A stretch of 64,000 nucleotides of DNA from Thermoplasmatota archaeon (GCA_035526585.1 DATLCC010000065.1:11581-75580), one strand, 5' to 3'; numbered from the stretch's first letter, positions 28,812 to 38,527 are shown. Notes: generated from the letters alone by a model not told the origin. Numbers and translations are program-made.

Positions 28812-29261
28812 ATGTTCACGAGCGCGCACCTTACGAGCGGCGTCGCGGTCGGCCTCGCGCTCGGCCTTCACGACGCGCCGCTCGCAGCGTTCGTCCTCGC
28901 GAGCGTCTTCACCGATTGGGACTACGCGTTCCAGCTCGCGACGGGGCGCAACCACCGGACGCTCGTGACGCACTCGCCGCCGGTCCACCTTGTCGTGTGG
29001 GGCGCGCTCGGCTTCGCACACTCGATCTTCTGGTGGATCCTCGCCGGGACGATGCTGCACTTCTCGCTGGACGTCTGGGAGTATGGGCTCCGGCTTGACC
29101 CGTTCCACAACAGGATCTACGGCTTCCGCCTGCTGCCAGGCGTCGAGGACATGCGCTTTGGCGAGTATCTTCGCACCTACTTCACGGACAAGCGTTTCCT
29201 CGCGGCCGAGGTGGGCTTCGCGGCGCTCGCCGCGCTCCTTGTCGCATGGCGCTACCACTAG
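28812..29261 (+). CDS. Membrane-bound metal-dependent hydrolase (YdjM/DUF457-like)
   Basis: AHL, TDWD, HRTLVTHS, HFSLD motifs; TTTAAT box about 30 nt upstream. Confidence 0.8.
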   Translation: MFTSAHLTSGVAVGLALGLHDAPLAAFVLASVFTDWDYAFQLATGRNHRTLVTHSPPVHLVVWGALGFAHSIFWWILAGTMLHFSLDVWEYGLRLDPFHNRIYGFRLLPGVEDMRFGEYLRTYFTDKRFLAAEVGFAALAALLVAWRYH

Positions 29262-30262
29262 AGCGCGAGGTCCGCGAGGTGCTCGCCGATCGCAGGCCCG
29301 AACTTGAAGCCGTGGCCGGAGAACCCGGCGCCCAGCGTCACGCCGTCCACCTTCTGCAGGAGGAAGTCGTCGTTCGACGTGTTGTCGTACAGACAGACGC
29401 GCTGGCGAGCGAGCGGCCGCTGCGCGAGCTCCGGCATGCGCTTCGCAAGCCACGCGCGCGCCGTCGCGACCTCCTTCGCGCTCGCGGGGGGCCGATGCTC
29501 GAAGTCGGTGACGAGCGGTCCCTTGTGGTGGTCTGCGACCTTCACCGCGCCGTCGCGCCGGGGGAAGCCGTAGAAGCCCTCTTCGAACGCAGCGAACGTC
29601 GCCGTCTCGGGAAAATCGGACGGCACGTCGAAGAAGAGCTCGGGCTGCCTCGTCACGCGGATCTTCCCGCGAAGCCACGGGAGGATGCGGGGCGCGTGGA
29701 AGCCGGCCGTCACGACGACCGCGCGCGCGGATAGCACGGAGCCATCGTCGAGCGTCACGCCGCCCGCGCGCACGGCCTTCGCGCCCACGTCGCGCCGGAT
29801 GTGCGCGCCGTGCGCGAGTGCGCGCTCCTCGAGCGCCCGCAGCGCCGCGCGCGGGTCGAGCCAGCCTCCAAGCGGATCCAGCACGGCCTCCTCGATGCCG
29901 TGGAAGCCGGGAAAGGGTCCCTTCATGATCTGCACGCGCTCGCCCATCTCGAGTAGCGTGCGCGCGCTCTGCTGGTGGAAGCCGCCGGGCGGGCCGAACA
30001 TGAGAAGGCCCGTCTGGTGCAGGATGGCGCGCCCCGAGTCCTCCTCCAGCGCGCGCCATCCCACGAGCGCCTTCTTCGCGAGCTGCACGTAGTTGCGCTG
30101 GCGCCCGTACGCGATGCGGAAGACCTTGCTCTCGTCGTTCGATGCGCTGTGCTCGTTGATGGTCGGTCGCGGATCGACGAGGGTCACGCGCGCGCCGCGC
30201 TTCGCGGCCGCCCAGGCGGTCGAGAGCCCCATGAGGCCGCCACCGACGATCGCGAGGTCCAT
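29258..30262 (-). CDS. FAD-dependent oxidoreductase, sarcosine oxidase/SolA family
   Basis: IVGGGLMG, SKVFRIAYG, CLYDNT, GFSGHGFKFGP. Confidence 0.9.
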   Translation of the reverse strand: MDLAIVGGGLMGLSTAWAAAKRGARVTLVDPRPTINEHSASNDESKVFRIAYGRQRNYVQLAKKALVGWRALEEDSGRAILHQTGLLMFGPPGGFHQQSARTLLEMGERVQIMKGPFPGFHGIEEAVLDPLGGWLDPRAALRALEERALAHGAHIRRDVGAKAVRAGGVTLDDGSVLSARAVVVTAGFHAPRILPWLRGKIRVTRQPELFFDVPSDFPETATFAAFEEGFYGFPRRDGAVKVADHHKGPLVTDFEHRPPASAKEVATARAWLAKRMPELAQRPLARQRVCLYDNTSNDDFLLQKVDGVTLGAGFSGHGFKFGPAIGEHLADLAL

Positions 30263-30319
30263 GCTCGCTTCAGACGAAGCGGCCGGAAGACGTTTTCCCT
30301 CTTGTGGCGAGCGAGCCCC

Positions 30320-31912
30320 ATGGCCGCCCCGCACGAGACGGGGAACTCGCGTTCTCTCTCCTACTGGATCGACACCACTGCGTCGACATCCTTCCCGCCG
30401 CTTGGCGCCGACGACAAGGCGGACGTCTGCGTCGTGGGGGGCGGGATCGCGGGCATCACGGCCGCCTACCTGCTCGCGAAGGCGGGAACGAGCGTCATCG
30501 TCCTCGACCGCGAGCGCGTCGCGATGGCGGAGACAGGCCACACGACCGCGCATCTGCAGATCGTCCTTGACACGCGCCTTTCGGACCTCGTGCCCCGCTT
30601 CGGGCTCGACGGCACGAAGCTCGCATGGGACTCGCAACTGGAAGCCGTGAATCTCATCGAGTCCATCGCGCGCGAGCACCGGATCTCGTGCGAGCTCGAG
30701 CGCCTCCCCGCCTACCTGTATTCGCCGCACAAGAAGGACAAGAAGCTCCTGAAGGAGGAGCTGCGTCTCACGCGCAAGATCGGCTACGAAGCCGAGTGGG
30801 CGTCGCCCGACGAGATCCCGTTCCCAGCCGAGCACGCGATCAAGTTCCCGGACCAGGGGAAGTTCCACGTGCGCAAGTACCTCCTGGGCGTCGTGAAGGC
30901 CGCGCAGGCGCTCGGGGTCCGCTTCCACGAAGGGACCGAGGTCAGCGACGTCAAGAGCGGCCGCCACGTCGTCGTCGAGACGCGCCACGGCGCTCGCGTC
31001 AAGGCCAAGTGGCTCCTCTGCTGCACCAACACGCCGATCGTCGGGCGCGAGACCATCCATGCGAAGGTCGAAGCCTACCGGACGTACGCCATCGGCGCGC
31101 TCGTCCCTCGCGGCGTGTTCGGCGAAGCGCTCTACTGGGACACGCTCGATCCCTACCACTACACGCGCGTCGAGCGGCGCGGCGAGCAGGACCTCGTGAT
31201 CCACGGCGGCGAGGACCATCTCGTCGGCGACGTCGAAGACACTGAGTCCCGCTGGGCGAAGGTCTACGATCACCTGCGGGAGGCGACGACCGAGTCCACG
31301 CTCGCGTATCGCTGGTCCGGGGAGATCATGGAGACCGCCGACGACATGCCCTACATCGGGCGCATCCCCGGCCGCGGCAAGAACGAGCTCATGGTCACGG
31401 GCGACAGCGGCACCGGCATGACGAACGGCACGATCGGCGCGCTCATGCTCGCGGAGCACGTGCTGGGCCGCGGCACGCCGTGGGACGAGCTGTACGACCC
31501 CGCGCGCATCGAGATGGACATGAACGTCGCGAAAGAGACGCTACGCTACAACCTGCACGCGGGGAAGCGCTTCGTCAAGGGCGCGCTCATGCGCGGCGAG
31601 ATCGCGGACATCGCGGAGCTCCAGCTGGGCGAGGGCGCGATCGTCAAACAGGGGATGAGGCCCATCGCGGTCTCGCGCCTGGAGGACGGCACGCTCTGCG
31701 CCGTCTCCGGCGTCTGCACGCACGTCGGCTGCACCGTCGCATGGAACCACGGCGAGCAGAGCTGGGACTGCCCATGCCACGGCTCGCGATTCACCCCGAA
31801 GGGGGAGATCCTGCACGGCCCCGCGCGCGATCCGCTCGCGCCCGTCGACCTGGAGGGCCTCCTCGATGCGCGCGAGGATCGTGTCGAGAAGCAGGCCGGG
31901 CGCCGAAGCTGA
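30320..31912 (+). CDS. FAD-dependent oxidoreductase with C-terminal Rieske domain (YhfW-like)
   Basis: VVGGGIAG, ETGHTTAH, CTHVGC and WDCPCHGSRF. Confidence 0.93.
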   Translation: MAAPHETGNSRSLSYWIDTTASTSFPPLGADDKADVCVVGGGIAGITAAYLLAKAGTSVIVLDRERVAMAETGHTTAHLQIVLDTRLSDLVPRFGLDGTKLAWDSQLEAVNLIESIAREHRISCELERLPAYLYSPHKKDKKLLKEELRLTRKIGYEAEWASPDEIPFPAEHAIKFPDQGKFHVRKYLLGVVKAAQALGVRFHEGTEVSDVKSGRHVVVETRHGARVKAKWLLCCTNTPIVGRETIHAKVEAYRTYAIGALVPRGVFGEALYWDTLDPYHYTRVERRGEQDLVIHGGEDHLVGDVEDTESRWAKVYDHLREATTESTLAYRWSGEIMETADDMPYIGRIPGRGKNELMVTGDSGTGMTNGTIGALMLAEHVLGRGTPWDELYDPARIEMDMNVAKETLRYNLHAGKRFVKGALMRGEIADIAELQLGEGAIVKQGMRPIAVSRLEDGTLCAVSGVCTHVGCTVAWNHGEQSWDCPCHGSRFTPKGEILHGPARDPLAPVDLEGLLDAREDRVEKQAGRRS

Positions 31913-33067
31913 CTAGCCCGACAGCGACGCCACGATGCGCATGAAGTCCTTCGCGCTCGCGTCCGTCCGCACGCCGAGCCTGTTGAAATGCACGGGAGCC
32001 GCGGCGAAGCCCTGCTCGCGGAGCGCCTCCCAGACGCGCTCCGTCCGCGGCGAGCCCATGCGCGCGCGGCTGCCCGCCTCGTGGATGTCGAAGAAGAGCG
32101 GGGGCGCCCCCGCCTCCTGGGCCAGAAGATCGAGGATGCGCGGCGAATCGAGAGCGGCGAACGGGAACTCTCCCGCCTTCGCAAGCATCGCCTGCGCGGT
32201 CGCCGCATCGATGAGCGGCGCCGTCCAGACCGGGCCCGCGGAGTCGACGGGCGCGCCGCATGCGGGGCAGATCTCGGAGTCCGAGAAGCCCCGATCCGCG
32301 CACGTGGGGCAGTAGTGCGCGACGCCCACGTGCTTGAGCGCCTCGTCGGCGCGCGAGGCGCCGCGGCGCGCCGCGAACATCACGCGGTAATAGTGGTCCG
32401 TCGCGTGCGCGAGCACCGGAGTGAGCGCGACCTCGTGCTTCGCGGCGTGTCGGACGCCCGCCGCGACGAGGATACGCAGCGCGATCTCGTGCATGAGCTC
32501 GTTGTGCATCGGCGTCGCAAGATAGCGCCGACGACACACGTTCGGGTACACGCCGGCGAGCGCGGTCGCGTCCGTCGCCGTGATGCCCAATAGCCCGCGG
32601 TCGCGCACGGCCCGCGTCGCGGCGTCGAGGAACGGCGCCGGGCTTCCGTAGGGATCGATATCGACGAGATGCCAGACGCTCTCGTAGAGGAGGGGCGCAA
32701 GGTTCCGCTGGGTCACGTGCGGCTCGACGCCGTTCATCGCGCAGTTCTCTGCAATGAGGCGCGCGGCCATCGGATTCCAATCGTTGAACTCCACCGAAAG
32801 CGCGCGCCCCGACTCCAGCGCGTAGCGCAACCCGCGCGCCCCGCTCGCCGCGAGCCCGTCGAGCGCGCTCCAGCCGTCCTGCGCCTTCGTCGACACGAGG
32901 AGGGACGAGAGGTCGCGGTTCAGCGCCATCGCCGGGTTGTAGAAGACCGCCGCCGTGTCCTTCGACTCCGGGCCGCGCAGGGAGCGCTCCGCTGCGGGCA
33001 GGCGCAGGCGCGCGCGCCCCTCCATGACCTCGACATGCGGCGCGCCCTCGGACACGGGCACGCGCAC
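31913..33067 (-). CDS. trm1: tRNA (guanine-N2)-dimethyltransferase Trm1
   Basis: VFYNPAMALNRD, ASGARGLRY, DIDPYGSP, CxxC...CxxC, AGPVW. Confidence 0.95.
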   Translation of the reverse strand: MRVPVSEGAPHVEVMEGRARLRLPAAERSLRGPESKDTAAVFYNPAMALNRDLSSLLVSTKAQDGWSALDGLAASGARGLRYALESGRALSVEFNDWNPMAARLIAENCAMNGVEPHVTQRNLAPLLYESVWHLVDIDPYGSPAPFLDAATRAVRDRGLLGITATDATALAGVYPNVCRRRYLATPMHNELMHEIALRILVAAGVRHAAKHEVALTPVLAHATDHYYRVMFAARRGASRADEALKHVGVAHYCPTCADRGFSDSEICPACGAPVDSAGPVWTAPLIDAATAQAMLAKAGEFPFAALDSPRILDLLAQEAGAPPLFFDIHEAGSRARMGSPRTERVWEALREQGFAAAPVHFNRLGVRTDASAKDFMRIVASLSG

Positions 33068-33090
33068 ACGGGCGCGGGGCTAAAAGCGGG

Positions 33091-33185
33091 ATTATGAGGA
33101 AAGCAGAGAAGATTATGAGTGGCGCTATGAAAATCCAGCAAGAGTGTCATAATCGGTTATGAGAGATCGTTTGAAAGCTCATAAT
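33091..33185. promoter_or_regulatory. AT-rich array of TTATGA/TCATAA boxes between divergent trm1 and cutA
   Basis: Boxes at 33092, 33113, 33147, 33157 and 33179, plus a near copy at 33125. Confidence 0.55.
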
Positions 33186-33279
33186 GCGTGCGCCGAGCGC
33201 CTTTGGCGCAGGTACGCGCGCGCACGCCTTCGAGCAGGCGCGCCCGCGTCTTGATGCGCCGACGCAAGCTTGCGCGCGC

Positions 33280-33600
33280 GTGAACGAGTTCGTCTCCGTG
33301 TATGTCACGTGCCCCGACCTTGCGCAGGCGCGCTCCCTCGCGCAGGCGCTCGTGACGGAGGAGCTCGTGGCGTGCGCGAACATGGTGCAGGGGTCGAGCG
33401 TGTATCGGTGGGAGGGCGCGCTCGTCGGGGAGCCGGAGGTGATCGTGTTCCTGAAGACGCGGCGGGCCCTCGTGGAGCGCGTGGTGGCGGCGGTGAAGGT
33501 GCTGCATCCGGCCGAGGTGCCGTGCATCGTCGCGCTCGACGTCGTCGCAGGGCATGCGCCGTTCCTCGAGTGGGTGCGCGCGAACACGCGCGCGCCCTAG
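33280..33600 (+). CDS. cutA: Divalent cation tolerance protein CutA
   Basis: VYVTCP, ELVACAN, SVYRWEG, LHPAEVPCI, FLEWV. Confidence 0.93.
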   Translation: MNEFVSVYVTCPDLAQARSLAQALVTEELVACANMVQGSSVYRWEGALVGEPEVIVFLKTRRALVERVVAAVKVLHPAEVPCIVALDVVAGHAPFLEWVRANTRAP

Positions 33601-34742
33601 GCTGGCGGCAGCGGGAGCCGGCGCCGGCTGGCGAGCTCGATCTCGAGCGCTTCGCGGGCGCCAAGGCCCAGCTCGTCGGCGAGGGTGGCGAGCATGGCGC
33701 GTTCTTTGGCGGTGAGTTGTCCGTCGTCGGTGGCGCTTTCGACGGCGGCTTTGTAGATGTCGCGGCGGCGTTCGAGGCGGTATTGTTCGGTGTCGGCGAC
33801 GCGTGGCATCGCGGCGTTGGCGAGCGTGCTCGCGGCGCGTTCGAGGGGGCGCAGCGCGAAGACGAGGAATCCTGCGGCGACGCCGCCGGCGAGCCAGCCG
33901 AGGTTCGTGCTGAGGTAGTTCTGGGCGACCTCGGCGACGACGAAGAAGACGGCGACGAAGACGGCGGCGACGGTGCCGCGCTGCAGGGTCCATTTGATCT
34001 TGAGGTCGATGCCAAGGAGCTGGTACTGGAGCATCGCGTAGACGAGGAGCGACGCGGTGACGATGTTGAGGATGGAGAAGCCGTAGGCGGCGAGGAAGCG
34101 GGAGAGGATGTCGCCGCCGCCTGTCGCCACTTCGAGCGCGATGTCGGTGAGGAACGAGACTTCGAGGAGGCCGAACGCGGCGAGGTAGAGCGCGGCCTGG
34201 CGGCGGCTGGGTGTGGCTGGGCTCGCGCGTCGGAAGGCGCTCACGGCGCAGGCGAGCGTGTAGAGGTAGAGCGGCACCGCGAGCAGGAAGATGGAGCGCG
34301 CGAGCGTCGTGAAGCGGAGGAAGCCGTCTGCGTCGACGACAGCGAAGAGCGAGGGCGCCGCGATCGCTCCGAGGGCGAGCGCGCCCGCGACGATCGTGAG
34401 CGAGACGATGGCGGCGCGCTCGCGGAAGGGCCACGCGAGGGGCGAGGAGACGACCTGCCCGACGAAGATCAGGTAGATGGGGAGCGCGATCGTGAGCGCC
34501 ATGTTCGCCCAGTAGTCGAGGTTCGCGCGCACGAAGATCGAGGTGAGCCCGAGCGCGCTCGCAGGGAGCGAGTCGAGCGCGTTCGCGACGAGGACGAAGG
34601 CCAGAGCGATCGAGGCGAGGCGGCGCTTCGAGGTCGAGAGCGTGAAGGCGACGAGCGCGAGGAGCGTCAAGGCTGAGACGATCGCCAGGACGCGGCTCGC
34701 GAGGTCGGCCACGCGGTCGCGAGGAAAGAGGGGCGTCTTCAA
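33597..34742 (-). CDS. Multi-pass membrane protein with TerB-like C-terminal helical domain
   Basis: About 9 TM, YAMLQYQLLGIDLKIK, then YKAAVESATDDGQLTAKERAMLATLADELGL. Confidence 0.75.
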   Translation of the reverse strand: MKTPLFPRDRVADLASRVLAIVSALTLLALVAFTLSTSKRRLASIALAFVLVANALDSLPASALGLTSIFVRANLDYWANMALTIALPIYLIFVGQVVSSPLAWPFRERAAIVSLTIVAGALALGAIAAPSLFAVVDADGFLRFTTLARSIFLLAVPLYLYTLACAVSAFRRASPATPSRRQAALYLAAFGLLEVSFLTDIALEVATGGGDILSRFLAAYGFSILNIVTASLLVYAMLQYQLLGIDLKIKWTLQRGTVAAVFVAVFFVVAEVAQNYLSTNLGWLAGGVAAGFLVFALRPLERAASTLANAAMPRVADTEQYRLERRRDIYKAAVESATDDGQLTAKERAMLATLADELGLGAREALEIELASRRRLPLPPA

Positions 34743-34743
34743 T

Positions 34744-36321
34744 CTACTGAGGCGGCTTCGTGTTCGACGCGTACGTGCGGCTCTGCTCGCGCAGGAACTG
34801 CTGCAGGTACCACGGGCCGCCGGCGCCGCGCGAGGTCGTCGCGCTGAACTTCCAGCCGCCGAAGCTCTGCCCGCCCACCATCGCGCCGGTGGACGTGCCT
34901 CGGTCGCGGTTCGCGTACTGCACGCCCGCTTCGACCCGGTCGAAGAACCATTGCACCTCGTTCGCGTCCTTGCTCACGACGCCGAAGGTGAGCCCGTAGT
35001 CCGCCGCGTTCACTTCGCGCACGGCCTGCTCGTTGTCGTGGAACTTGCCGATCGCGACGAAGGGCACGAAGTATTCCTGGCGGAACGCCTCGTGGTCGAG
35101 CGGGAGCCCGGTGACGATGGTCGGCTCGACGAAATTCCCCTGGGCAAAGGCGCCTTCCTTGAGTCGGTGGCCGCCGACGATGAATTTGCCGCCCGCTGCG
35201 GTCGCCGCAGCGACCGCCGCGAGCCACGTCTCCACGGCGCCCGCGTTGATGACGGGGCCGAGGTCGGCTTCCTTCTTCCACGGGAGGTCGACGCGCAGCT
35301 TCTTGCCCTTCTCGGTGAGCTTCGCGACGAAGGCGTCGTAGACCGACTCGTGCACGTAGACGCGGGACGTCGCGCTGCACTTCTGGCCGCCGAAGCCGAA
35401 CGCGCTCTTCAGCACGCCGGTGGCCGCGATGTCGAGGTCGGCGTTCTTCGTCACGACGGTCGCGTTCTTGCCGCCCATCTCCGCGATGTAGGGCCGGGGG
35501 CGCTTGCCGACGAACGACTGGTAGTTGCGCATGCCGACCTCGCGGCTGCCCGTGAAGACGAGACCATCCACCTCGGGGTGGTCGATGAGCGGCTGGCCGA
35601 CCTCGCGGCCGCCTCCGGTGACGAAGGAGAGGACCTCCTTCGGGACGCCGGCATCGTGCAGGATGCGCACGACCTCGTACGCGGTCCACGGCGTGTCGCT
35701 CGCCGGCTTCAGGACGACCGCGTTCCCGGTGATGAGCGCGCCCACCGTCATGCCGGTCGGGATGGCGACGGGGAAGTTGAAGGGCCCGACGACCGCGAAG
35801 ACTCCCCACGGGCGCATGACGCTCACGCACGTCTCATCCGGGAACGGCTTCCCGAGCGGGACGGTGAAGCCGTTCTCGTGGCGGATCTTCCACGCGTAGA
35901 ACTTGAGGAAGTCGATCGCTTCGTCGACGTCGTAGTACGCCTCGACGCGGTTCTTCCCGTTCTCGATCGACATGAGCGCCGCGAGCATCGGCCGGCGCTC
36001 GCGCATGATCTCGACCGCGCGCTCCACGATCGCCGCGCGCTTCGCGTGCCCGAGCCGCTCCCATGCGGGCTGCGCCGCCTTCGCGGCCGTCACGGCCGCG
36101 TCCACGTCGGCGGTCGTGCCGTGCGGGAAGGTCGCGATGACCTCGCCGGTCGAAGGATCGCGGTCCTCGAAGCTCTTCGCATGGCGGACCTCCTTGCCAC
36201 CGACGAGCATCGGGAACGACTGCCCCGTCCGCTTGCGCAGATCGGAATACGCCTCCTCGAACTCCCGGTCCAACCGAGCCATGTCGCGGAAGGCGGTGTT
36301 CTCGTTCTCGAAGGCGGCCAT
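34744..36321 (-). CDS. Aldehyde dehydrogenase, P5C dehydrogenase (RocA/PruA)-like
   Basis: PFNFP, FTGSREVG, AEMGGKN, FGGQKCSA, QSFGGWK. Confidence 0.9.
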   Translation of the reverse strand: MAAFENENTAFRDMARLDREFEEAYSDLRKRTGQSFPMLVGGKEVRHAKSFEDRDPSTGEVIATFPHGTTADVDAAVTAAKAAQPAWERLGHAKRAAIVERAVEIMRERRPMLAALMSIENGKNRVEAYYDVDEAIDFLKFYAWKIRHENGFTVPLGKPFPDETCVSVMRPWGVFAVVGPFNFPVAIPTGMTVGALITGNAVVLKPASDTPWTAYEVVRILHDAGVPKEVLSFVTGGGREVGQPLIDHPEVDGLVFTGSREVGMRNYQSFVGKRPRPYIAEMGGKNATVVTKNADLDIAATGVLKSAFGFGGQKCSATSRVYVHESVYDAFVAKLTEKGKKLRVDLPWKKEADLGPVINAGAVETWLAAVAAATAAGGKFIVGGHRLKEGAFAQGNFVEPTIVTGLPLDHEAFRQEYFVPFVAIGKFHDNEQAVREVNAADYGLTFGVVSKDANEVQWFFDRVEAGVQYANRDRGTSTGAMVGGQSFGGWKFSATTSRGAGGPWYLQQFLREQSRTYASNTKPPQ

Positions 36322-36361
36322 GGTTCGCCATCGCCCCGTCCTGGGGAAAAGCGTTGCGGCC

Positions 36362-36901
36362 TCACGGCCGCCTGCGGAGCGCGGCGTCCAGCTCGCGCAC
36401 GAGCGCGCCCAGGCGCCCGCCGCCCGCCGGCGCGGCCGGGTAGCGGGCGAGCACCGCGACCACGACCGGCGACGCTCGCCGCCGCGCGCCTTCGAGGCTC
36501 GCGAGCGCGGCCGCGCCCTCCCCGCCCGCCGCGAGCTCCTGCGCGCGCGCCGAGTACGCGGCCGAGCCGAGGATGTGCTTCACCTGGTGCGCGTCGGCCA
36601 GCGGGTGCAGATACGCCGCGCCCGCGGCCGCCATCGCGGCGCGCGCGGCCTCCGCGGCGGCCGGCGCCTGCGCGTCCTTCGCCGCGCGCATCGCCCCCCA
36701 CGCCGCGTCGCGCAGCGCCTTCCCGCGCTTCCCGCCGCGCGCGAACGTCCACGCCTCCGCGATCGCCTGGCGAGGACGAGCGTCCTCCGGATGCGCGGCC
36801 TCGAAGAGAGGGAGGACCTCCTCCGCGCACTGGGCCGCGAAGGCCGCGACCTCCCGCAGCTCGTCGAGCGTCAAGGGGAGCCCGCGCGCCTCGGCCGCCA
36901 T
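36362..36901 (-). CDS. Imm5-like helical protein
   Basis: AAFAAQCAEEVLPLFE...DARPRQAI, AYLHPLADAHQVKHILG. Confidence 0.7.
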   Translation of the reverse strand: MAAEARGLPLTLDELREVAAFAAQCAEEVLPLFEAAHPEDARPRQAIAEAWTFARGGKRGKALRDAAWGAMRAAKDAQAPAAAEAARAAMAAAGAAYLHPLADAHQVKHILGSAAYSARAQELAAGGEGAAALASLEGARRRASPVVVAVLARYPAAPAGGGRLGALVRELDAALRRRP

Positions 36902-36997
36902 CGGGCCCGCGAGCGGAAGGCGCGCCCTTCAAACCTGCGAGGCTCCGCTCCGCACATCACCACCTATTTAGCGCGAGCCTGCGGTATCGCGGGCGTC

Positions 36998-37546
36998 ATG
37001 GTCAAGGAGCTCAAGATCGGCATCACCGGTCTTCCCTCCGTCGGAAAGACGAGGACCCTTCTCAAGATCGTCGAGAAGCTCGAGGAGAAGGAGCAGATCG
37101 TCGGCGGCATGGTCACCGAAAGCATGGACGAAGGAGCCACGCGCCTCGGCTTCAAGATCGTCAACTGGCTCACCAAGGAGGAAGGCATCCTCGCCCACGT
37201 CGACTTCGCCGACGCCAAGGTCAAGGTCGCCGGCTTCGGCGTCGACATGAACATCCTCGACGGGATCGGCGTCACCGCGATCGAACAGGCCATCAAGGAA
37301 GCCGAAGTCATCGTCATCGACGAGGTCGGCAAGATGGAGATGGAAAGCCCCGCCTTCTGCGCCGCCGTCAAGAAAGCGCTCGACAGCAGCAAACCCATGA
37401 TCATGACGCTGCACAAGAAGAGCCGCAACCCCCTCCTCCAGGACATCCGGCGCCGGGATGACATCCGAATACTGGAAGTCACGAAGATCAACCGCAACCT
37501 CCTCCCCTACAAGATCGAGAAGCTCCTCGAAGGCGAGAACATCTAG
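36998..37546 (+). CDS. Nucleoside-triphosphatase THEP1
   Basis: ITGLPSVGKT, GGMVT, IVIDEVGKME; TATTTA box upstream. Confidence 0.93.
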   Translation: MVKELKIGITGLPSVGKTRTLLKIVEKLEEKEQIVGGMVTESMDEGATRLGFKIVNWLTKEEGILAHVDFADAKVKVAGFGVDMNILDGIGVTAIEQAIKEAEVIVIDEVGKMEMESPAFCAAVKKALDSSKPMIMTLHKKSRNPLLQDIRRRDDIRILEVTKINRNLLPYKIEKLLEGENI

Positions 37547-37547
37547 C

Positions 37548-37718
37548 CTGGCCCTTTTTCGAGTCGGACCTCGGGCTCGCGCACCTGCGGTCACGCCATG
37601 CGCTGCGGCGCACGGCTTGGTCCTTGCTTGCTTCGCCTCGCTGCGGGTGCGTCGCCCAAGGTCCTCGCCCGCGCCGCTGCGCGAGCGCTCGCTGCGGCGC
37701 GCGTCGAAAAGGCGCCAG
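37548..37718. repeat. REP/MITE-like fold-back with TTTTCGA...TCGAAAA ends
   Basis: ctggccctttttcga versus tcgaaaaggcgccag imperfect inverted repeat; internal cgctgcgg repeats. Confidence 0.5.
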
Positions 37719-37778
37719 CGGAAACTCCGAGCTATCCACACTTGTCGCTGCGCGTTCGCAAATGGGGAAACCCTTTCT

Positions 37779-37794
37779 GTAACCATTTAGTTAC
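37779..37794. promoter_or_regulatory. Palindromic operator GTAAC-N6-GTTAC (copy 2)
   Basis: gtaaccatttagttac followed by acgtct, as in copy 3. Confidence 0.65.
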
Positions 37795-38003
37795 ACGTCT
37801 TCCGCGAAGGCTGAGGTGGCGAGGATCCCCGGCCCTGGGCCGCGACCGGGCCCGGGCCCGGACCCCCCGTGCCCGGGAACCTCCAGCCCGGCTGTCCCCG
37901 CGCCCGGACGCGCCGGCGCCAGGGCCAGCGAGCAGCCGCTTGTCCCGTTGGTTCGAACAACGTACCATACCCTCCCTGGCCACCAAGGGGTTGGGCTCAC
38001 CCC

Positions 38004-38186
38004 ATGCTCATCCACGACCCCCCGAAGAAGACCGGCACGAAGGAACTGAAGGTCCACATCCCGGTGAAGTACCACCTCCAGCTCCACCAGTTGAAGGTCC
38101 TCCAGGGCCGCCAGATCCACGGCGTCATCGAGGAAGCCCTCGACCTCTGGTTCCAGCGCGTGAACGGGGCGGCCAAGGCCGACTGA
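38004..38186 (+). CDS. Ribbon-helix-helix protein, paralog 1
   Basis: MLIHDPPKKTGTKELKVHIPVKYHLQL...GVIEEALDLWF: alternating beta strand followed by two helices. Confidence 0.8.
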   Translation: MLIHDPPKKTGTKELKVHIPVKYHLQLHQLKVLQGRQIHGVIEEALDLWFQRVNGAAKAD

Positions 38187-38260
38187 GGCGGCTGCCTGCT
38201 TGTTCGCCCATGGCGAACAACCCCACATACCCTGGAAAACCGGAACTGGAGTCGGACACC

Positions 38261-38473
38261 ATGTTCATCCACGACCCCCCCAAGCCGACGACGCGCAAGG
38301 AGCTGAAGGTGAACCTGCCCGCGAAGCAGCACCGCGACCTGCGCGCCCTCCAGCAGGAGATGGGCGAGGACGCCCCCAAGATCGTCGCCGAGGCGCTGGG
38401 CCTCTACTTCAGCCGGCTCGCCCAAGAGGCGAACCCGCAGCGCCCCGTCTTCGCGAAGCTGGGTCGTCTGTAA
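38261..38473 (+). CDS. Ribbon-helix-helix protein, paralog 2
   Basis: MFIHDPPKPTTRKELKVNLPAKQHRDL...IVAEALGLYF; GGAG SD upstream. Confidence 0.8.
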   Translation: MFIHDPPKPTTRKELKVNLPAKQHRDLRALQQEMGEDAPKIVAEALGLYFSRLAQEANPQRPVFAKLGRL

Positions 38474-38527
38474 AGGCGAGACGAGCGACGCGATATCCCA
38501 TCACATCCCACCTCGGAAGGAGACCCC

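Noticed and set aside
33147..33162. Xer dif site
   Set aside because: ATAA and TTAT are separated by 4 nt rather than the 6-nt dif spacer.
38210..38260. Longer start (MANNPTY...) for RHH paralog 2
   Set aside because: That ATG sits in the palindromic promoter element; paralog alignment and the SD support ATG 38261.
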